A stretch of DNA of 64,000 nt from Tubulanus polymorphus. Taxonomy: Eukaryota; Animalia; Nemertea. Positions 26,122-40,532 of the stretch are shown here, piece after piece (within the stretch, counting starts at the first letter, position 1; every line of letters begins with the position of its first letter). Location: assembly GCF_964204645.1 (NCBI RefSeq), contig NC_134025.1:25090299-25154298 (forward strand), read 5' to 3'. A program made the translations under genes and the position numbers. The notes under the pieces are model-generated. The model had not been told where the DNA came from. It did not search any database and saw only the letters and a list, made by a program, of their open reading frames with translations.

Positions 26122-29100
26122 TTAAATATCGGTATCGAGATCAAACATGATCGAATTGGAGAATTCGATCGGGCATTCCATCTTTTCCACTGGTGTTGGT
26201 TCATCCCAGCTCAACATGGTTTCCACTTCGCTCGTTTTAATACGTTCCGCAGTATTATTAACTTGCTCGGTGTTGTCAGCTGACGGCTCATCGACGTTAG
26301 ACTTGTCATCGCTGTCTACTTCATCACTCGGTTTATCATTCGGGGCGGTCAAGTTGTTATTGTTATTACACGTGGCCTTTTTTCGTTTCGATTTCGATCG
26401 CTTGTTCGGTTTCTTGCCGGTATTCTTCGCGTTGTTCTCCTCTTCGAATTTACTCGTTTCGTCCGCGTCGACCATGCTCTCGTCGACGCGACGGCTTTCG
26501 TCCATTTTCGTCGTCGCGCAATTTTCGACCTTCGTCGATAACTCGTCGACGGCCGCCGGTTTGCCCGGGACCGGACTCGCCTCATGGATCGTATCGAAAG
26601 AACACGCGCTGTTTATATCGCTCGTCCGTTCGTCCGGTAAAAACGTGTCGTCTTTCTCCGAATCGCTGGCTGCCTGATTCGCGTTGTTATCGTCGCCGTG
26701 GTCGTCGCTACTGTACTCGGAGCTGCTGTGGCGGCGTTGGCGACCTGAGATTTTCGCTTCGCGTTTTCGCATGCGGCGTCGTTTACTTTTCAGCGTCGTT
26801 TTCATCGAATTGACGGCGGCGTTCGGCTTGAAACGAGTCGTGTCGATGTGATCGTTAAACGACACCGATTTGCGTATACCGCACTCGTCGGACTCGTTAC
26901 CGGTGCGCGGACTGTCCGACGAATACGACGGCATACTCTGCGAACGCACGTATTTATTTCCCTGAGCGTTCGCTTCGTCGCTCGATTCCGACATGCTTAA
27001 ACTGCGCGGTTTTAATATTCCGTGCAAAGACGGAGACTTTTTATCATGGATCACTTGAATATCGGGCGACTTTATTGGTGATTCTGGATCATCTAGCACA
27101 TCGTCATCAGACTGACTCTGAAAAGTAAAATCATTCGTTATCGAACATTATCTGTTTATCTCATTCCCTCAAGCCACAAAATTCAGGGAACCAATAAATT
27201 CTGCCAACAAGGATTCCAGAAACCAGTGGCCAATTGATCAGTAAAGGCTTTAAGCCTTATTTGGTTCAATAGCTTATCTTACAACTTAATCCAGGCTAAT
27301 AATGACTAGTCATGAATTAAGACCATATTTGGAATGACACATCAGGTACATCAGGACTGTACAACTTGGGCACTGCACCACAACTAATCATTGACATGCT
27401 ATACCAAGCATTCCTCCCAAAAACATGGCTTCAAAATCTACGAACCCCGATGCGAAAAGTAAGCTTCTTTTCGTTCATTTTCGTGACGTGAAGGTGCGGT
27501 AACGTCACATTATCTTTCGTCGACTGGGAATGTTGTTTCGCATCGGCCTCTAGTTCATCCAGACTTTTACTGAGGCTGGCGTCAGTGAGGAAGAGTTTCT
27601 CCTGGAAAATTTAACAATGTAACAATCAATGTTGGTGAGAGTGGGGACATATGAGATCTAGACAATACAGCTAGTCTATAGATTAGATACCTGCTGATGA
27701 AAGGTAACTAATTAAGAGAACTAGTGTTCAAGCTGTATCATCATCCTTAATCATTAAAGATGGATTCATTTCCTAGGTAACATTGATACCTCGAAAGATG
27801 ATCATAGATAATATCGCAGCTGCGAATAGAAATACAGCTGTTCGCGAAATAGATTCTCGTGTATAAGAGAAGAACTAGGCGTTTTACACAAAAAAATAAA
27901 AGGCGTAATGTAACATTCATATAGATACAAGTTCTAGTAAAAATACATGTACTGGTAAACGCCCTCATAGAGCAACATAAACCTGTAATCAATATACAGT
28001 AATAATGTAACTGAGCTACTAGATATTTTCATAAAGCCTATCAACCTCTTATCAAGGGTACTAACGTAAGATATGGATATATTTGTAATGTCAATTTGCA
28101 GGGACAGGTCACTATCGCACCAAATTCAAACACCTTATTTATCCCTGCATAATGGGAACAGTTGTTCGCATATTAAGAAATCTTGTCCCAATACCCCGAT
28201 TAATAACTCTTAAATTTAAATTTTAAGATCTAAACTTCAGCGCTGCTCACCTTATTTACTGGTGCCATACTTATAATATTTTGCACTCTTCGAAAAAACT
28301 AGATTATTTCCAGTAGGTTCTCAATGTTTCTATCTAGATTCTAGAGTGTCGGTATTGAAACCGCTCTCGTGTCTGATGTAATTCTGATCGATAATGTCAT
28401 CAGCTTATATTTTCAACGTGTTGTATGTATATAGATTCGAACGATGGGCAACAGGTTTCAGTAATGCCCGGCGTCGTTCACCGGCACTAACGGCTGCGAT
28501 AAGAGCAAATTCTTTTGAAAATGATAAATGAATCTTACTTCTTTTTCGACGAATCAGTTCCTTACATTTTATCCACTTCAGTTTATATCCATAACCAACA
28601 CAACAATTAAACCCACCCTCACTACCTATCTGAACCAATAGATCAAAAGTTTTTGAACAGTTTTAACTCTTCTTAGTGATTAGAACGATCTAAAAACTTG
28701 CGTCAACAGTGAATCTTAACCTTGGCCTACTTACCCACATTGGAAATAATAAGTTTCTCCAAAATATCACCACAATCTCAACAAATAAAGCCCTGATAAA
28801 CCTGAACTGATATCGAGTCATGGACCAAACTTTTGCTGATGATAAAGCCATGCTAAAAACTTATCAAGAGTTCACATATACGCTAACACTTCTAACGCTC
28901 GAGTGTTTACTACATTGAATACTAGCATACTGTCATCTTTGTCCTATCCATTATTTAGCTCAACTCCGGCAATGTTGTCATTCATAGCTCCTGACTGGTT
29001 TTACGACGATAAAAGAAATCTAACTCGCTATTTCAAAACGTCTAAACCACTCGAAAATTCAACTACAAAAGGACGGACTTTTAAGCAAAAATATAGATAT

Positions 29101-31701
29101 CTTTGTTTTCAGCTCTCTGCTTCGTTTCTACTGTGTGCAGTTCGCAGATGCTGAGTAGACAGCAGCTACGCCTATGAAATCTAGATTTCTGTGAGGAGCG
29201 CGAGCGTGCGCAGGTAGTGTAGCAAGCTGTACTACAATAACAACAGACCAGGTAGATGAGAGAGAGAACTGATTCTAACTACGTATTGATCATCCAATCA
29301 GCCGAACACACATCATAATAGTTCTTGACAACTGCATTTATAATATCCTAGTAACAGAATATTGCTATACGACGATACAGATCTAAAATACTGATATTTT
29401 CTAAATTTATATCGATAGATGTGCGTCTGGTTTGATGCAGGTTGTGAATAGACTTTTACATAATCGATTGATAACTTCCCTGTTGTGCCTAGATATTGTG
29501 TCAGATGACACTGAAAAAAAAATACATCCGGCTTATGACAGCTAAGCAAAATCTTATGAAAGATTTCTAGATAAATTGATATTAAATGGCGAAATAGAAA
29601 ATTAAGAATTCTGAATTCTTTTTTCATCACACAAATATATTTAAGTAAAAATTTGCAGCTCCCTTGTTTGAAAAAGTAAAATGCACTATTTCAATCGTTG
29701 ATTTTCCAACTTAACTGATTTTCACCCACTTTCGCTGACTACACTAAACAATTATTGCCCTAAAGTTGCTAATCTAAAGTTAGTTGAAGATAACCGGCAA
29801 ATAAATGGCAGATAAATGCATTGAAGTTTTAGTTATCACAATGTCAACTATCCACTGGTTAACTCTAACCAACTTTTGAGCAACTGGTACCCTTATCTTT
29901 TACAAATCTACCAGATCTTCAGACTCAATGAAAGATTTTTCACGATACATTTTTAATAAGCCTATAGGTCATAGGATATTAAGATCAATTTTCCTACCTC
30001 GAGTTTGTCAAGATTCGAGCCAACTTCGTACGAGTTCCACGTGTTGCGACAGTTTCTATCTTTCAACAGCAACACGGCCACGTTCTCATTTGACAGATCG
30101 ACGCTGCATTGATCGGGAACGACGCGACAATTCTCGGCGAACCTCGCGCAGAAGCTGTAATAGACGGGGAAACCCCCGGAACCGATCGAAACAAATTTGA
30201 TCGTTATCGTCGAGCGTTTTTCCGTTTGATCGAACGTTTTCGTCACCGAATCGCGATCGACGTTTTTCACGTGTAAAACATAACTGACCGTTTGTAAATC
30301 CTGATTACAATCGAAACCGGGAAACGAGTAACGGATAACGGCGGTACTAGAAACATCAGCATCGCCCCAGATATCTTTACTGGTCGCAGGAGCATGAGAT
30401 TCGATCGTCGTTAAATTTGATTTCTCCGCGACAATTTCGTTCTCAGTCGTACCGTTAATACGACTAACAGGAGCAGGGGATGGTTCCGAAACTTGTTCCG
30501 AAGAACTTAGAACTTCGATAAGAGGTGCCGGGACAGGTTGATCTTGTACAATCGCTTCATCACTGTTTGTTTCGGCAGTTGAAGAAGATGAAAGGTCATG
30601 GTTCGAAAGTGGAATCACGGGTAAAGTGACCGCTAGTCGTTTCTTTGACTTGTCGAATTTAGCGGTGCCGCTGTTCTCATCGATCGCGTACGGAAGTTTC
30701 AAATCGAGCTTGTACCAAGCGGGCGATTCGATCTCCAGGACGAGACGTTTCTCGAAAATATCCAAGTCGACGCCGGCCGCAGATTTCAACAGCGGAAGTT
30801 CGATGTAAACGACGAGTTCTTTCGGACGAATATCGCGTTTACCGAGGGGTTCGTTACAAAACTCGTGCATTTCGATACCCGACCGATGAACGATGGAATA
30901 TTTCGGAGTGATAGCACCGCCATTTTCTTTCGATGTTTCGGTATTTCCTTTAATTTTCTCTGTCTCTTCGCGTTTTGCCGCTTTTTCAGCGGTTGTCAAC
31001 TCGTCGTAAGGATACGGAAAAAGATTGTCCTTTTTCGCGGTAGGTTCTGGATCAGCGTTCACTTCACCGTTGGCCGATCTGCTGCGTATAACAGTTGCCT
31101 GCGGAGTACCTTTATACTTCATTTTAGGAGATTTTACATTTTTCGGGTCGAGTTTGATACCGAACTGTCGTTGGATGCCTTCGATCGCGATGTCCTCGCA
31201 CATTTTTTTGAAACTTGCGTTCGATTCCGCCATACGCATCACGTCCGGGTTGAACACGATATCGATGACTTGACATTTCTGATTCGAAGAATCGAGGTCT
31301 TCGCGGGGCGGTGCGAATGAATGAGGGACGGACCACTGCAGTCCGTAGTTTCCTTTCGGGTCTCGTTGTTTCGAAGCGGTCGGTTTATCGATGTCTTTAT
31401 TTCTACAAATATTGATGAAAATCTTCTGAGTTCCGTCGTTACATTTCAACACGTAACAAGGATCCGGGTGTATGAACTTGACGTCCATGCCCCGGTCTCT
31501 TTCCATTTCGGCAATTTCTTCTTCATATTTACGCTTGTTGACAGGGTCGGATATTTCTTCCGCGTATTCGGCAAAAAGCTTACGAAACTCTTCGTTTTTG
31601 AAAGCGTCAGTTAGTTTTTGAATTTCACCCGATGACAAGTCGAGTTTCTCTAAATTACTGAACGGTTTTTCGTTGTTGGGCATGCTTTGCGTTGACGCCA
31701 T
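26122..31701 (-). CDS. DNAAF2: Protein kintoun / dynein axonemal assembly factor 2 (PIH1 plus CS domains), about 951 aa
   Basis: Three phase-0 exons: 29998-31701, 27446-27601, 26122-27117. Hallmarks are FRKLFAEYAEEISDP.NKRKYEEEI..MERDRG.DVKFIHP, KIFINIC, WSVPHS..PPREDLD, KYKG, LDLKLPY.IDE..G.AKFDKSK..L.VTLPV, then GILKPRS.S.SES, RKSVSFN and the terminal FSNSIMFDLD. Confidence 0.93.
28735..28851 (-). other. Candidate coding first exon nested in DNAAF2 intron 1
   Basis: A short ORF MALSSAKVWSMTRYQFRFIRALFVEIVVIFWRNLLFPMW ends at a perfect phase-0 donor TGG|GTAAGT. Promoter-like CT/CG-rich sequence lies upstream at about 29130-29290. Confidence 0.3.
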
Positions 31702-31910
31702 GTCGCTGTTTATCTCTGGTATTTATTATTTTGACTAGAACTAGAACATTCTCCAGACTCGGCGAGATATCACTTCCGGGTTTACGTGGTGTAATAAAGC
31801 TACTTGAATTTGCATTTGGTAAATTGAACACTGATTGCCGAATCGACGAAAATTGCGCACTTTCGGCCGCGATTGAACGATATTTTCTTTCGTTTGAAAA
31901 GGTCAGTGCC
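31702..31910. promoter_or_regulatory. DNAAF2 promoter region, possibly bidirectional
   Basis: An ETS-type motif ACTTCCGG lies at 31772-31779, just upstream of the ATG. A plus-strand donor AAG|GTCAGT at 31901/31902 suggests a divergent non-coding first exon. Confidence 0.35.
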
Positions 31911-32082
31911 TGTTAGGTGAAATTATAGAAACAATTTCAATACTTGTTTTTATTTACCTGTTTCATGTATATCGATATGAAATGAAAACGGATCCAAGTT
32001 CTTCAGTAGACTCTTGTGAACTTGTGGCTAATGAAACATCGCATGCTAAAGCTTTTTGACTTTTTCGATTAAACTGGGTAGT

Positions 32083-32140
32083 TTTGTGCGGTAATTTTCG
32101 TTTTTGCGCCGCGCAAAAAAACGAAAATCACCGCACAGAA
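32083..32140. repeat. Short palindrome/hairpin
   Basis: TGTGCGGTAATTTTCGTTTTTGCG-CCG-CGCAAAAAAACGAAAATCACCGCACA forms nearly perfect inverted arms. Confidence 0.7.
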
Positions 32141-32702
32141 ACGGACGGAAAAAACGAAGTTAGTTTTTTGCGACATGATTTTTGCGTGCGTATTGCATGG
32201 GTTCTTTTACTTGGTTCCAATCAGACACCACACATAAATGCTGCTGAGATTCAATTTATTGAAACTGTTCGTGCGTTTATCAGTGTATTGTCACTTAGAG
32301 GTGAAGGAACATGATTAATCTATCCGACGAAAATTTAGCTTGTGGGGGTGCGTGGGTGGAAGAAATGTTTGTTCCGAAGATCGAGAGAACTAAGTTTGCG
32401 ATCGTACGCCATCTGTACTGAAACGCGAAACTTTTCGATCATCGACCGCTTACCACGATCAGTGGTGGAGCGCCATATGCGCCTCGCTGCAAGTTTAAAA
32501 TCAATTCATACGTCATTAAAGAGTTGAATCTGAAATCCAAGTGTAGTAGACCTACGATCCGCAGTTTGGTGGATATGGAACGGCTTCGCCATAACTACGG
32601 TTTAATTATGAATCTATCTCACCGGTTCGTATATCTATCCTATTCAATGAGCATTTTCACGTCTTAACTTTTATAAGATCAGTTAAGTTACTTCATGAAA
32701 GA

Positions 32703-32707
<5 letters not shown>

Positions 32708-32775
<68 letters not shown>
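32708..32775. repeat. (TA)n microsatellite, about 34 units
   Basis: Uninterrupted TA run seen directly. Confidence 0.97.
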
Positions 32776-32779
<4 letters not shown>

Positions 32780-35700
32780 TTATAGATTTTCATTGTATTA
32801 TTATTATATTATTTCAATATTGTTAGATATGCGTTATGCGCCTTAGAATATGTGTAGAACAAATTTTCCAGCCGCATGATAGTTGATGGCTTATAACTAT
32901 GACACTTGGTGTATCAACGCTCATAGTTCAGGCCACTTCAAATGCTTTCATCTCGTGGTGTTCATAATACAGCAAAGATACAGCGGGCGATTTTCTAATA
33001 TCTCTGTACAAAAATTGAGATATCGAGCGCGATCTCATTCCATCCAATATATTACATCGGCTCTCGAATTTCTGGTTCAATTGTACTTCAGACGTAGTTT
33101 GGTTGCGTCGGCTCTTTAGAACGAAAGGACGAGATGGCTCGGACATTTTCCTATCATTCGATTTCGGCGAAGAGCCTACTCGTCCAAATCAACAGAAAAT
33201 TGCCGCTGTAACCACTATGTTTTTTCGTCGCTTCTTATCAATATACCAAGTTATGACACGACTCGATCTGATAAAAAGTGATTATCGAACTTTTCTGACA
33301 TTTTTTTCACGTACAATCCAATATACCAAACTTGTTACTACTTCTAATTCCCGGTACTGTATTTGAGCGCACATAGCATTTATTTTGTCCATGCTCTCAG
33401 CCCAAAGGAGATTATTTATCCGTTTTTAGCCATGATATTTATAAGTTTATCCCCTATTGGGATTTAGTATTTTGTTTTTAATCCACAGAGAATGAAATGG
33501 TTGTAATCAGCATCACTAGCTAAAAGCTGTTGAGTCCTGTTTTTACATTTTAGTTAGGTTAATGGCAGGGTCCAACTTTTGATGAACTTTCCAAACTTCG
33601 TCAGAAGAATTAAAACTAATAAAAGCAATCGAACATTGTCGAGTTGTATCAAGCAAATAAAACGACAAATATTAGACTCGACCTGCTTTAGTTTCAACTG
33701 CAACATGCATATTCTTGATCAATTTGTTCTCCAGATTTCTATCAATTAAACAGCCGAGTGACTGCATTGTTTGATTTCGTTTTATGCATTTGCGAATTTC
33801 AATGTATAAAAACACGCGTTTTGGATTCTTAAAATGCCGAGCCGAAATGCGATAGGCTGATACATATTTAATGCGGTTGCCATCATTCCAAATCCAAATT
33901 GGCATTATTAATTGAAAGAAGGGATTTCGAAGGCTGACGTATATATGCATGTATATGTAGCGGATGCAATGGGATTTGCTGTATATGCACATGTATATAA
34001 TAAATCAAATAACACGTAATGCAACATAGCATAATTCATGTCAATAACGCTAGTCGATTTGCAATGAAGTTAGTTTGGATAGGCGCAATCACATTTCAGG
34101 ACAACAATAATGTCAACTGACGCAACTTGAGTGCTACGAACGTTATCATGGAGACTCTTGATACTAACAGAGACGTCACAGTATAGTTTTTATGTCACAA
34201 AACGATCACTTAATCTGATCATTTAAGCTTTTAAACATGGATCTCTCGACTAAGCAATGATCTCAGGTCGTTATACGACTATAACATTCACTATGATATA
34301 AACTAGACTCAGCGAGCATTATGATAGTTACGAGTACGTCTCTCAATTATGATTGCTAATTAGAAAAATTGATGTCATGTGGCCGACAATAGATACATCA
34401 TTTTTCGTGCCGGTTGAAACTTCAGCGGTTACTCTCGCTGAAAATGCATGCATACACGTTCTTGTAATTTTTTCAAATTGGCGCGAATTTGGCCGTTTCT
34501 CGACATTTTTGGTCGGAACTGTATACAATTTGTCTTTGAATAAAGCTGTTCATATGAAATTACATCATTGATGGTATTAGATGACATATCTTATACACGT
34601 GTAGTCTAACATATAATATTTTTGAGGTTAATAGCATATATCTAAGTGAATCTTATAAGGGCTAATGTTATAAATAATTTGTTGAATGGAAGCGGACGAA
34701 ATTAGCACCGCGGTTGTTCCCCGCTGGTTAATTTCCTACTTTCCTGCATCTGCATCTTAAGGCACGTGTAAAAGTCACGGCACCAATTCGCTGAGGATGC
34801 GACAACTGACTTGGAACCATCAATTTACCTAATGCGTTCCCCCATAAGACGAAATTGGAAGCCGAAGGCATTGATCATTACACACGCCGCACAAGGGGTG
34901 CAGGCGACGTTCGGGAAATTGTAAATGCCGTTGTATCGGTATAGTATATGTGCATTATATGAACGTTAATTGTTTCAGCATCCTGAACCTCGTTAACATT
35001 AACAACTAGTGACGAATAGCACGAAAACAGCAAAACAAAAACAAATTGGCGAAAACGAATCTATACATATACATATACACACGGCTATAAACCGATCATT
35101 CGCATCATCAAACTATTGACCAAGTTTTGCTTCCTATTTGCATTGTACTTCAAGACCACATTCATATATGTATAACTTCACTTGACAAGCCAAAATATGG
35201 CCGGGTAAATTACCGTGTTGGCGTTAGTAAATCTGACATTTTATGCCATGTGATCAGACTTAAGCTACAACTTGTACTCTTGAAAACGTATTGGGGCCGA
35301 TGACTCGAAAATAGCGTAACTGTCTGTCACCAAGTAAACTGTTTGTTCTGAAATATTTGCCTTCATCGCTCAGGGAATTTAGGTACCGGGTGTTGCCGAT
35401 TTATCAACACTTGTAAGCAAGCTGGCGTACTGCGCATCGTGTCGGGGTCTTCGAGACCTATGGGCGCGGGTCGATGCAGCAAACAATAAACAGTACGTAC
35501 GTCTTCGTCAACTACTGGACAAACGAACTGCGCTCCACCCATCAATGAAACTTGGACAATGGCTGAATATTTAATAAGTACATATTGTGTTGCGCCATTA
35601 GCAGTCGAAGTTAACGTTGGATGCTGTTATCGATTCTCGAATGCTTCGATAGTCGTTCTGTCACGACCCACACGATTACAGTTTCAGTTGAATAAGTACC

Positions 35701-38700
35701 ACTAGTTTGGGTGAAGCTGATCGTCGAGTTTTCACTGCGGCAGCAATTCAAGTCTGCAGCCATTACGCATAGCGATACGTCTGTCAACGGTAATAAAACT
35801 CATTCTATCGTGTAATGACTCGATAAAGGGGCGACTATAGCCTTCGATGACACGATATCAAGTGACTGGCTACCCATAATTCCAATTGCAAGGAGCGTTA
35901 TTCCGGCTGAAAATCAATCGTTCAGTGTAACTGCTGAAGGAGCAGAGAAAGTTGCTCATCTTATAACGCCGTCGCCCTTATCTTCGACGCAGTGGTCGAT
36001 CAGTGGTATTTGAATCTGTGACTGAACGCACTTCGTCGTCGTCGTCGTCACCAGTCGAGTATGCAGTATTAGAGTGCAGTAGAAATATTAATTCACGAAT
36101 TGAAAATTGGAACGCAGTAAAAACAATAATTAGATAATTCGCTGAAGATTTTTACCGCGAATTATGTTGTAAAAACAGTGAGGATTAGTTTAGAAACTAT
36201 CGAGAGGATTAATTGCAATATAAAGGTATGTGAATTATAGTATAAACAACGTAACAGATGATCGTGCAGCCGTTTGTCAAATTAAATACGTATTATTTAT
36301 CGCTCTCTGTATGCTGTCGTATTGGTAAAATAACACATATTCCAACCATCAATTCTGAGCAATTACTAGTCCACTGATACGCAGATCAGTGATGGATGGT
36401 GTCATATTTATCCCTAGTGACTAGTAATGAAATTGTTAAACGATTAAAGATATCTCACGTCGGCTATCACTCATACAAAAGATTAGTCAATACTCTTGCG
36501 AGAGAGGGAGAGAGAATTTGCGTTTCAGATGACCAAGTAAGAATTTGGGGATTTAGATTCTCGCCGTTTCATTGCAGTCATAGTTTTATATCATGTACAT
36601 CTCTTGGATATATCGCTAATTTACTGCCTATTTGTTTTATTAAACCGAATCGGAAGTTCTACATTCATGGTTATCAAAGTGTGGTCTCAAAACGATTATT
36701 TTGTTCACTTGATTTTTATTTCATTGTATCATATAAAATTGCAGACTTTTTCGCACTTTTTCATAAGTATCTGAGTTGGATAATCATCAATGTTATCTAG
36801 AAAGCTGTTGATAATCAATTTCTATTTCAGCCCTTAAATCTACATTTGAAAAGCCTAATTATGATTTAGTAGTATTTATTTCTGTCAAAGTTGTTTACAA
36901 AGTTAAATGCCGATATTTTTCTCATTGTTAAGCCTTTAATTGGTAAGGTCTATTGGACTTACTCAACATCTATTTCGATGATGACGAACTTAGTTTTAAG
37001 TCAGGCTCACTGTACCCGTGTTTGCCTGTTGTTTTAATTTGTACACCTCCGATATGAACGCAGCGGCGATTCTTTCAGAATATTATTCAAAAATCAAATC
37101 CCTAATGAACAATGGCATTTTATAACACAAAATACGATGCATAATTAATTGCATATTCGTTTTCCGGTTAGGGTCTCCATTACGGTTATACCATAAACGG
37201 TGTATTGATTTTACGAGTAAAAGTGACATACACACGGAAATTTTTTACCGCCAAGTATACGCGTTGGGTAGAACGTTTGTATGCATTTTTTACATTTGAA
37301 GAAAAAACCTGGATGTGCTTTCGAGCCATTTTACCACCTTTCCCATCGCGTTTAATATACATATTATTTTTTAACCGGTCTCGTGGAAAATTGTAAACAG
37401 CTCTTGTTGCGTCATCTGCCGTGATACCCCAGGGGACGAATTCGTATAGAATACAGACTGTCATAATTTAATAAATCAGCTATATCCCGCATAGATGTTT
37501 TTAAATACGTAGAACTACAGCGCTACGCTATGCATTCTGAATTAAAAATCTGCATCGCATTCAGTACGGATTCTAGTACGAAATGATCTATTACCAAATC
37601 CTAATCATCACAGCTGCCCCGGCGGGGATAAGAATCTTGTATTGTATCCGTGTATCTCTTTCACCGACTCTCAAAACGCAAGACTTTAATTGAATATCAT
37701 AGAAAAACGAAATTCTGGAGGCAATAAATGCTTCTCAAAATGTCTCTCAAAGCGAAGTGAGAAACATATCCGCGTGAATTAATAACGCGCATGCGCACGC
37801 GGTGTATTACCGCCGGTTTGACATTTAAGCAAACATGAAAACTGATAGAAACGAAATGAGTAAATATACTCATCAATAGATGAAATATCATCCGAAAATA
37901 CTGTTCTATTTTCATAGCTAACTAAACATCAACCATATCGACATTTCATACATTTATTTCCAATCGTTCTTAAGTGGGTAATTATATAGAACTGAGATGA
38001 TTTTTTTCGATGCGCTCGTCTTTTTACGAGGGCATAAAATGCTTTCAACGCATCGGGTGTTTTTTCAGCGCCGCACAAACGCTAATGATCGCTTCTGAAT
38101 TGGAGAAAACGTCTTCGCCAATATCCGGCTATTATTTTTGCACGACTGGATACTCTGGCAATAAAATTACCCGTCGGTCGCGAATACTCGGGCGAAATCT
38201 ACCAGTTATTAATTGCTCCGTCGATCATTCGCAGTCGGATAAGATACACTTTCATTCAGCTTCCTCTTTACAGTAATACGAAGAGGCCACCCGTTAATTA
38301 TAGAATGATGATATAATGTAGCTTTTTCCCCCAACTCGGCGTGTTTCGATATTTCGAGGGGGCATTTTAGTGCTTGTATTTTTCAGACTAAGTTCATTTT
38401 CGTATGTCGGTACACACGCGGCAACTTTCGCAATAGTTTCGGTAAATGTGTCGTTAATTTGCGATTTAACGCCTTTTATGGCTTGAAATAGTAGTTACCC
38501 GGGTGGATTGAAACGAAGGCGCTGACTCTCGTGGCTCTACCAGTGCGTATCGTTATACGACCGGCTTTCACGGCGTTGCGGTAAACGGAATAAACCGCTG
38601 GGTACAATAATAATCACCCTCGTGGCTGGAGAGACGTGTTATTATTTTCTCGAATGTTACGTTCGGGTTTTTAGGGAAAGAAATAAACAACGTCTCATTC

Positions 38701-40378
38701 ATAAATCTTCTCGTACGAAACGTATGGATGTGACTGCTTCTATTAATGTCCTATGTTTGGAACACATTTTGTTATTGCTAGCGAAACTACACGGGACTTC
38801 GCGGTAGCATCTATTATTCATATTTTGCCACGCACGTTCCAATAATGACATTTTGGATTTATGAGTTGTTAATGCATTGTTTAAACGGCCAATTTCGCGG
38901 CTATGCAAGATTTATAAAGATTCTTGACTCAAACACGAATATCCGAAAAGTCTTCCTTATACATTACCTTTATTACCTTATACATATCGGATCTTCAATG
39001 AAATTAATCAGCCTTCATACATATTAGATTAGGAAATGATATTCATCCGGCCTAGGAAATCATAAGTACAAGTACTTTTTGATGCGAGTGTCGTGGCCGT
39101 TGTTCTGATGATAATTTTGATCTAATGAGTTTTCACCATTGACTAAAAGAATACGTTCGAATCGATATGGATAATTTTATAGGCAGAGATGCGCGTAATC
39201 TGATAATATTGTGTTCGCAACATAATGAAAAGCCCGAAGAAAATGTATTTTTAGCCTTTAAAGATCATTATTTCAAAGGCATGAATACAAAAACGATCGT
39301 CGAAGGCAAATAGCGCGACGACAAGAACATATTTCCTTTCAAAGAGATGGGTTTATAGGAGGTTATCCGTGTATTCATTACACGCGTTTTCATCAGCAGA
39401 TTTAATTTCTGGCGTGGCTTTTGAGAATTCGCCAAGTCGTCTGAGTTGCGTCAGCAATGAATATATTGCGAATGTAAGGTTTTAAGACGAGTTGCTTGCT
39501 TTCCATCCATCAACAAGATAAATTTCTCCATGTCTAAAAAAGCTTGTCGTCGAGATACCTGACGCGACGGATTAGCTAATTAATATTAACGAATCTACAC
39601 GACAAGTCTATTAGATTATACAAGACATTCGCGTTTCTGGAGTTCTGCGTCCAGATGCGCACCTGAATGATTCCCTGGTGCTCGTGTCCTACTTTTATGA
39701 CGACTGTCTACGGATCTTCGTCTGTGGTGCCAGAAAATAACCATTTTGAATCAACTATAAATGCACGAAGATATGTGAGGATATCTAAACTTAAAAATAA
39801 AGAAGTGCTCGACAAAAAGTATTAAAACCTAGCATGATATCCTCTCATATGACAATACTTGAATCACGAATCTCTAATGGATCGCAAAAACTATAATGTC
39901 GTCGGGCTTTTAAGTGACGTAAAATTTGACGATAGAAATCTTCATTTCACCGCACTTGAACCCGTTTCGAGTGTGCTGAATTATGGATCCATCGTGTGTG
40001 TATGATCGGAGTTAAAGTCGTGTGTGACTGTGTATGGTATCCTATAAGTGAGAGAGTATCGACGGACCTTCCGTTTAATCCGCCATCCAACTTCACATTT
40101 GAACGACATCTGTGCAAATATACATATATTCCACTGTTGGATTTTCGAGCGCCAGCGAAATATTCGCGCCTCATACAATTATGTCATCATATCGTATGTA
40201 GGATGAGATTAATAAAGGTAAATATGGGATATTCATTTGCACATCTGGCTTCAGGAGATTTCATTTCATGTCATGGAGTGTCCAAATTAACACGTGGCTT
40301 TTTCCTTGGTGAATATAAATCGTCATTTTCATCTTTTTAGAAATCTTAAAATAGGGATTGACCGTGTTATTTATTTGA

Positions 40379-40532
40379 TTGGTAGATTTGGTTTGATTTG
40401 TTTTGATTTGGTGTCCCTTACAAACCCACCACACCTGCCGGGATCGAAACAGGGCGTTTGATTTTGAAATCGGAAATCGAAGTATACATAGTTGCGTGAT
40501 CGGCGGTCGATACAAAATTTTTTGTTCAAATC
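40379..40532 (+). repeat. Dispersed repeat copy A
   Basis: Similar to 47843-47985. Shared blocks are TTGGTAG.TTTGGTTTGATTTGTTTTGA, AAACC.ACC.CA.CTGCC, GTTTGATTTT, GTTG.GTGATCGGCGGTCGA and AATTTTTTGTT. Confidence 0.75.

Noticed and set aside
26147-26677. 176-aa plus-strand ORF and other ORFs overlapping DNAAF2 (for example 30865-31320)
   Set aside because: These are antisense shadows of the DNAAF2 coding exons.
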